A stretch of DNA of 64,000 bases from Candidatus Omnitrophota bacterium (GTDB lineage: Bacteria; Omnitrophota; Gorgyraeia; Duberdicusellales; 4484-171): the NCBI GenBank assembly GCA_014729775.1, contig WJJJ01000021.1, forward strand, positions 24,788-88,787, written 5' to 3'. Numbering within the stretch: position 1 is the stretch's first letter; every line of letters begins with the position of its first letter. The notes under the pieces were generated by a model. The model saw only the letters and a program-made list of their open reading frames with translations, had not been told where the DNA came from and made no database searches. The position numbers and the translations under genes were made by a program. Below, piece after piece: positions 52,401 through 61,400 of the stretch.

Positions 52401-55400
52401 TAACCCCGCCCCCTTGTTCATGTACTTTATCGCCACCCGGATGGACTCGGTCATAAAAATAGGGGTATCGCTGCGAAAAGATAAGCGCCGCTGTGCTGGA
52501 TCGTATACCCCGCGGTAAAGAAAAGGAACCGAATCCTGCTCTTCCCCGTAATAAGTATTGAGCCGGCCGGAAAGAGCCCAGCATATCATCTGATGATATC
52601 CCGTCTGCAAAGCGTGATATCTGCTGTTCCAAAGCGGACGTATCTGATTGAGCTCCTGATAATCAGCACCCATAGTGGAAAGCACCTGCGCTATCTCTCC
52701 GGCATCACGGTTCCAGCGGTAAAAATATTGCATTACATAATTGAGCACTGCCGCGGTATTCGTATATTCTAAGCGGCTTATCAATCCGAATATCTCTAAC
52801 CGGCTCACCTCCCGCTGGAACGAGATTCCCAGCTGTTTTTCCCGCCCCCGGGACCACCGGCCGAATGCGTCTTCCTCTCCGGTTTGACCCTGGACGGCAG
52901 GCGAGCTGGACTGAAGTCTTTTTTTCTCGCTTGTAACCAGCTGCCTCCAGTACCTCGCCGGCGGCGCATGCTCAAAAAACCATGCCTCGGTAAGCACCCC
53001 GGGCTTCATCGGAAGTCCGGGACAATACCACACCTTGTCGCGCCGGCTCCAGCGGCTCTCCTGCCGCGGATTCTTGTAGATCACTTCTTCGCCGCCCTGC
53101 GCGATGCGGAATAAATGCGCTTTATGAAAACTGGTATGCAATCCTTCTCCCGCACTGCCCCCAATACCGATATTGACAAACGGCCGCAGCGCTTCTTCGA
53201 TAGAATAACGGTTGTCCGAAATATTCTTAAATCCCCCGCCGTTATCGAACGAAACAATGATCATCCGTCTATTCTCCTCTGAAACCGGCTCGACGAAACT
53301 CAAGTAAATCCCGTATTCGTTTACATGCTGATACAAATTCTCCAGGTTGCATTGGACAAAGCCTTGCGCGGTATCCCACGCCCCGAGTACCGAAGCGACA
53401 CCGCCATAGGTATCGTCGTCTTCGTAGCGAAACACCGCGTCGAACACATCCCTGCCCGCCCGGGAAGAGCCCAGTTTCATTCCTCGTTTCGAATAGACGA
53501 AGACCGATCTCCATCCTATCTCACGCAAACCGCGCATCGCCTTCTTGTAGGCGCGGATATTTACTTCAGGCGCGCCGGGCATAAATTGATGCGCGGCATC
53601 AAGCAGATTTCTGGACTGCGCATGGACAGCTCCTAACGGGCTGGACACCTGACTCACCCAGTACGAACCCCGGGCGGATCCGTGACCGGCAAGGTGTCCG
53701 TTATTGTCAGAAGCATACGAGCAACAGACATGGGGAAAAACTTCAAGTGCGAAGTGGTCCTTGAGCATACATATTGCCCCGCCCACGCACCCGGCTTTAT
53801 CGGACCACTCGGGTATAACCCGGCCGGAATCGCCAAACCCGGCCGTTTCTCCTCCTATGGAAACCGACCGTATTCCTAAATCTCTGAAGCCATCTATAAC
53901 CGGCTGCCAAAATTTTCGGCACTCCGCGAGTCCTCGAGACGGAAAGCGCTGCCGCTTCACCGCCGGAAGCGGAACGTCTTCGAAGGAATCAATATCCACA
54001 ATGACCGCCCGGGTTTTTATTCCGGACACTGCCGCGTAACTGCCCCCCAGCACAAACAGGACTCCAAAAGATTCCTCAAGCGCGTGAATCGTGTTCTCCA
54101 CGTATTTTTCCGCATGCGCGACTGCCGGACGATATTTCCACCGGCCGGATTTACGATCTAAATGCCACCGCCCTGCGTACCATCCCAATATATGCACGTA
54201 GAGAGAAACCCTTCCCCCCGCCTGCCTGATCAGCGACTCGAGTTTTTGCCGATGCGCACCGGTAGCGGCGTACCAGGGAACTCCCCGTTTCGAAAGAACC
54301 TCTTTTTTATCCGGATCCGGGAACGAATATCCTCCGCCGATCAAAGAATAATCCATTCCCGCCGGGCTTGATCCCGTGAAATCATCGACACGGGTAGTTT
54401 CCGTGATAAGTTCATCCAACAGGGCTCGGTCGTTCCCTTCCCTCTGCATCTCATCTGCCGCGCGCGATTGATAGTACGCAAATAACGACATCATCTTCCG
54501 CGCCGTATGGTACCCGGGAGAATCACTTCCTCCGGCGCTTTTGCGGACAGTGACCATATAATCTTCGAGTAAAATGCGGAACATAATACACAATGAAAAT
54601 ATGTCATCCGCCAACAGACAGAGACGGGAAGTCGCGGTAAAATCGTCCCCGCAGCGGGAAATCCTGTCTCCGCTGGTGAACAAGCGCTTGTAGAGACGGC
54701 GCCTCGCGCGGGCGACCGGATCTTGTGCACCAATCTTCGTCGTTGTATCATTATCAAAATACACGATCCGGGAATCTCCGGCTCCTCTTCCCTCACACAC
54801 GGACACGTCAAAAAATGAAATATCGCCCTGAATATACCCGTTTTGTGCATAAAGCGCACGATAGGAGGAAAACACGTCCAGAACGATCAACCCAATATTT
54901 TTCGCCGCGGCAATCCCGGAACCCAGCGGGTGAATCGAACGGGTGAAATAATCGACCAGCAATTCTCCATTTAATAATTCGAACACAAGCCCTGTACCAA
55001 ACCGGTCCGCGGACGAAAACTTCACCCGGCCGAAGTACCGGGGAAGGTGGTGCAATGAATCGTTGGCCGGATTAAGCTCAGAAAATATATTCTCCTGGGG
55101 CAAAAGCAGAGAATCCTGAACCGTTTTGCGCACGTCTGCTTCCACCTGCGGATCGGGAAGCTTACACACATAATGAGCCCCGGGGACTAATACTCCGTCC
55201 GCCGCTCCTTGGTATTTTGCTCTTACCACCGCTTTCCCATTTATTCGGCGAAATGTATCCTCCACCGCGAAATCCCGTTCTAACGTATAGAGACGAACCG
55301 GGCTGGAACCGCCGCTCCTCATCTCTTCTCTCAGCCGAGTGAATGCGGATACATGATCCAGATAGTTCTGGGTGTTGCTTTGGCCTTCACGGACCTTCGC

Positions 55401-58400
55401 GCGGAAAAAATCACCAAACGTACGGTATCCCGCCATACCGGCCAAGCCGTCAACGATCTCCATAAAAGGTATTATTCTGAAATACCCCTCCATCTCGTCG
55501 AACACCGCACAGAGCTCCCGGGCATACGTAAGAGACACATCGAGCACCCGGCCGGCATCCCTGCCCCGGTATTCCAGGCTGAATCCTGATTCCACCTTGT
55601 ATTTTCTAAGAACATCCACAACGCGGTTCACCAACGCTTCAACGCTTCGAAAATGATGATTTTCAGCCAGGAACGGATACTCCTGCTTTTTAAGATCAAC
55701 CTGCAGCGGTAAGCTGTTTATTGCCTGGAGACCGTCGGAAAAGAAATGGATCGTGAGCGCAAAAAACGCCGTCCACAGTAATGATTCACTCCGCGTTCCC
55801 CGGGTAAGCAGCTGCGGAGCGTGCGCGATAATTTCTTCTTTCTGGAATTGATCAAAAATCCCGGGGGCACCGACCGCACCCGTTTCGTCAAACAAGTTAT
55901 CCGCGATTTGTGTGATTTCATCGTGAACGGGAGAAGATACTGAAAGATCTTGGGAACTGCGCTTGACCTCCTGCAGATCACGAATTACCGCTCCCATATC
56001 CGGATACCGTTGTTGGCGCGGTTGAAGACAGCGCAAGGCAATAGCGTACGCCGCGCCAAAATTCTCGTCCGCGAGCTGCTCCTGCCGCTGCAGGGCGGCC
56101 CGGATCCGCAGCAAGGCGGCAACCGCGTTGTCCCGCATCATATATTCCAATATCTCCCGCGGCTCCAGAATGACGGCCAGCACCATCCCGAAACTGTACA
56201 CATCCCACTGCTCCGTAAACAGCCGGGTTGAAGCTTCTAACGCGCCGGTGCGTTTCGCTTCACGACGACCGAAGGCCCAAGGTTCATAGCTCTCGCAATA
56301 AATATCGGTATGGATGGTGCGCACGATTTCCGGAATGCGGCCGGAATTTTCCACCCAGTCGTAACGCAGCGGTACCGCGCTGTCCTGATCCACAAGGCAC
56401 ACCGTTTCCCGCAAATTTTCATCAAGCCGCATCCGGATATTTGTCGGTTTTAATTCCTTCACCAGAAGCCCCCGGCGGTGACACTTTTCTACCGCATCCG
56501 CGACCGCCAGCGCGAGCCGCAATTTATGCCTCTCATCACGAGCCAATTGAGGCACCCATCTTTCCATCGCCAGCAAATCGCCCAAATTCACGGAAGGAAC
56601 AAAATCCATGATCAGATACGGGAATTCCCTCCGCCAAAAACGGGGCGCGAGAATTTGTCCTCCTTTTAACTTACACCATCCCTTCCCGTAATAATGCGGG
56701 ATCACGCTCTCTTCGGTCAGAGTTTCGTAATGCCGGGACAGCCATATCACGTAATTAATAATCCGTCTGCGTTCTCTCAAAGAAAGCACATCATTCCGCG
56801 GTCCGTTACAATACACTTTCACCGCGTAGGGCCCATGCGCTTTATCTTTCGCGCTGACTTTATATACACGGGCGTAACTCCCTGCACCTACTATTTCCTG
56901 GGTACGCTGATCAAGGTCGTTCATTGTAACTCGCGGGCTGCCCGCATTATCTGATACGGGAGAGGACCCGCTCAGACGTCCAAGGCGCCGGACCGTATTA
57001 TCAAATATATGACCGATATGTAGGGTGAGCCCGGGGATCTTTAGTTCTTCCTGCACTTTTTCAACCGCCCGTTGTTTGGCTGTTTGCACCGCATGGGGAT
57101 CAAGCCTCTGTATCACAAACGCCTCTTTCAAATACCCGGGCACGATGGTCCTGAGAGTAAATAACTGTTCTATCTCAAGCTGACGCAGCGTCCTTTCATT
57201 CTGTATCTCCTCTTCCCATATCACACCTAACGGAAAATCAGATAATAGAGACACCACCACCGACCGCACACCGCCGTAAGCCCCAAACATCTTGATTGCG
57301 CCCTCTCTGTGAGAATCCCATTGCGCGTATTCCTCCAATACGCCTGCCGTATCTGCATGTATCACCGCTCGGATGCCGGCAGCATCTGTCCTGTACCGAG
57401 GGCTCATCACGATCGCCCCCCTTACTCGCGGGGTCTCTTGTAACACCGCATCAATAAAGCGTTCCAGAACACCTGAATCATCTTCGGTCAGCAATGACGG
57501 GATATCTTTCCTTGAAAAAACGCGCGGCCGGGCGTACTGAACCGTCTCCTTTCCGGACATCAGCGCGCTTTTCTTTTTGGAAAAAAACAGTGCGCGGATA
57601 TGCAAAGGTGCCGCGTACGCGCTGCTCATGTGGCCGCGCTCATGAAGTAATGTATCCAACCGCGGGTAATGACCTATGCCGCGAATGACAATCACGTAAT
57701 CTCCGGGATACGCACCAAGATAGGTATCAATGTCGTCCGCCAACGCTTCGTCTCTCAATCGAAGCGCATCCTGGTTTTGCCATCCGGAAAGGTGCCGTTT
57801 CCAAAAATTCACCGCTTCCATATCATCTAAATCGATTTCTCTTTCTTTAAGAAGCGTCAGCAGATTGCGCAGCTGACCCAACGTAAGCGCCAGATCCGGA
57901 GCTTCCTCCTCGATACGGATAGTACGCCCGCGTGAGATCTGTGCCCACAGATACCGGTTACGGGCAAGCGCGTAAGGAGTAAACGAGTATACCGGTTCTT
58001 CGCGGGGCCGTTCTTCGGCGTTGAGCACCTCACGCAGACCCTGCAGATGATTTGAGGTCTCCCGGTCGATGACCGCCATAATGTTTCGGGCAACCTGCTC
58101 ATCTACGGTATCTTGTCGATCCAGTTGGCGCAGGGCTTCTCTGAATAGTGCGGCGTCAAGCTTCTCTACATAGGTATATCCCCATTCAAGGAAAAACGCC
58201 ACCCGCCGTTTTTCTCGTTCCGCACGCGCAAGTACCGTTTCGGCCGCGGAGACCCTGAGGTCAAAGTCAAATCCCTGGGCATGATACCCGTAAAGAGAAA
58301 ACACCCGTGTCTGTCCGGTGATCGAACTTCTAAACCGTGCAAGCATCGGGTCGGCGGCCGGTCCATTGTGTGAAAGCACCGCATCTTCGCCGAATACATC

Positions 58401-61400
58401 CGCGGGAAAGAATCCGCTCATCATCCCGCTCAACATCAAAGATACGAATACTCGCCTGTCCGTTGACACCGCTGAAGATGCCCGGAAAGGAAAATATGGC
58501 CGCGGTTTGGTATATACCGGCTGCAGCAGGCGAGACGGCCCCACCAGCCACGGAGAGGTAACCGCACTCAGTCCGTGCTGCAACCGGTGAAAATATTCTA
58601 ATAAAGGCGAGCTGCTTTGCGGAGCATCGCCATCGCGTAAATTTTTTATTTCTTGCCGTAACGCTCTTAATTCGTCGGCGATATCATCAAAGACCTCTTC
58701 CGCCTGACGCTCACCGCTGTCCAGCGCGATGAACAATTCTTCTAGCGCATCTATACGACCCTGCAGGAAACTCGCGCTTCTTTCCGGAATACGCGGCGAC
58801 ACCGCGGACCGGGTGTGTATCTCATTTTCCCGTTGCGCTAACTGAGCGGAGAGGCCGGCGAGCCGGACTCCCTCAGCCTTGATATCCCGGGCGCGTTCTT
58901 CGAGTTTTCTCTGTTCAGCGGCAAGCGTCCGCTCGCGCAAAGATAATACGTCTTCCTGCCGCTTACGCCCCGCCGCCCAGTCGGCGCGCGTCTGTTCAAT
59001 CTGTCTCTTACGCGCGTCCAATGCCGCCTGTTGTTCAGCCAGGACACGGCGGTCTGAATCAATCCTGCCGCGCTCTTCTTGAATCCACTCACCTGCCTGT
59101 TCCTGTTCGTCCTCAAACCGCCCCCGGGCGGTCTCCAGCCTTGCCTTTTGACGCTGAAGTATCCGTTCCCAGCGTGATAGTCTTATTTCCTTGCTTTCCG
59201 CTTCCTGTTTCCTCCCGGCTAATTTTTGTTCCCGGACGGCTACGGCACGTTCTTTCTCATCGAGTTTTCGCTGTTGACGCGTGAAACGCTGTTCCCATTC
59301 TCTCAGAGATGCGTCCTTTTCCTCCTGTTCCTGCCGCGCCTGTAGTTTCTGCTCATCCAATCGTTCCTGTTCCTGGGCGATATTTCGCCGCTGCTGCGCG
59401 CACTGTTCTTGGATCTTCTTCAGCTCGGCACGGGCTCTGTCGATCTTTTCCCGCAGCCGGACAAGTTCACGTTCAGCCTCATCGGCCTCTCTTACACGCT
59501 CACCCATCTCCCGACGCTGACGTTCAAGGATCTGCTGTTGCCGCGCGAGGTCCGCTTCCCGCCGCGTGAGCTCTTCTTCCCGCACAGCGATCTGTTCCCG
59601 GGCTTCATCGACGGACTGTTGCTGGTATTTGGTCAGTGCGCACTGCGCACGCATCCAGAACATTCGCAGACGAACTACGCCTTTTTGGAATACCGGTTTT
59701 ACCCGGGAGGGCCGCTGCCGCGCCCGCAGTGCAGCCCGACGTTGTTTTTTCTTCTCTTTTCTGTTCCGTTTTCGCGCCGCTCGCCTCTGCTCCCGTAACC
59801 CGCCCCTCTGCCGCAGAGACGGCGCATCATTACTTTCTTCTTCGGTATCCGGTACGATCTCGGCACGCCGGTTCCAAAACAGCCCGTATGAGAGAATGAT
59901 GACCGCTGCCGAAGCAAACACCCGCAGGACGATGGAATACCCGGCCTCATCATAAGCCGGATTGATCCCTACATAATACGTAATGAACACCACCGCCGAT
60001 CCGGCCAACGCGGCGATCCAAAAAGGATGAGGCCATCCGGGAGCATGCACGGAGGGAACTTCATCCCGGTTGCCTTTCTCCCCGGATCTGCGCGGACGGG
60101 CCGGGGAAGATACCGGCATGCCCGACATATCAGGACCCGCTTCATTCCTCCCGCTCGGCCCGGAGATTGCCGCCGACGACGAAGATTGTGCCGTCAGTAA
60201 ATGCCGGTAGTCATCCAATTCCGAAAAGGGAAGCACTCCCGGGATTTCCTCAACCGGTGTCATCGCGCAATCCATCCACCCCATCATAAGGCTCAGGTAG
60301 CGGAGAGAAATATCCCGAGAAAGAAGGGTGTAGTGTTCTTTTTTCAATCCCAGTAAAAGCAGCGTTTCATACGGTTTTTTCTTGTGGGGGAACACAAAGA
60401 AATCACGCTCGACGACAGGGCGGGCGGCATTGGTGAGATTGTAGCGGCGCTCATGGGCAGAAACATCAACTATTTCAACCCCTTGTTCCTCAAGAAACCG
60501 CCTGTATTCGGCATTTTTTTGCGCTTCGAGCTCTCCCCGGTAGAGAGGATCGGAGAGAATCGCCGGCTTCATATTCTGCCGGACATGAGCCGGCACGTAC
60601 AGCAGCACTCCATCGATATGCCCGTTTTCGACAAGGAATTCATACGGGTACGAGTCCCCTTCAAAAGAAACGGGCACCTGCGCGCTTATCCAGCCCGCGG
60701 GGAACCGGTATGTCTCAAGACGCTCATATCCTTCTTTGGTTCTCAAATAAGAACGCAGCTGATTCACCGCTTCCGCTGATACTGAATCGGAAAAAATGAC
60801 AAACGGCGTCAGCCCTACCCCTGAAACGGCTGCGCCTTCCGCAATGAGATCTTCTTCAGGGGACGAATCCTGCGCGCCGGAACGGAACCGGGACACTCCC
60901 GTAAGATAACGGTACGGACGTTGCGGAATGAGCGGAAGCCATAACCGGGAATCTTTAAACCATACAGTCCGGTCTTCCCACGGCAGATGTAATGAGAAAA
61001 CGTGACGGGGATGTCCGCTCACCGAGAGACGGGAAACAAAACGTGAAACACCGTCCAGTTCACTGTTAATGTCCCTTGCGCCTAAATCAAGGAAACTTCC
61101 CGAAAAATCGACCGCTTTTGAAGCGAGTTTACCCGGCACAAAGTGCTTCTGCCCGGAGCCGGAAAAATACTCAAGAACTCCTTCTGTGCGCCACCGGCCG
61201 CTTTCCTCCCCCATTATCCGCGAGGCGCGCCGGGTACCCGCAGGAGTCTGGAGTTCGCGCACAAACTCGGCGACCCCGCGCATCTGCTGTGCCAGATATA
61301 TTTCCCGCTCTCCTAATCCCGCGAGGATCTCTTCGTCAGAAGGAGCCGCCCTGCCCTGATGACGACGCACCTGCGCCCTTGCGAACGCATCCTCCGCTTC

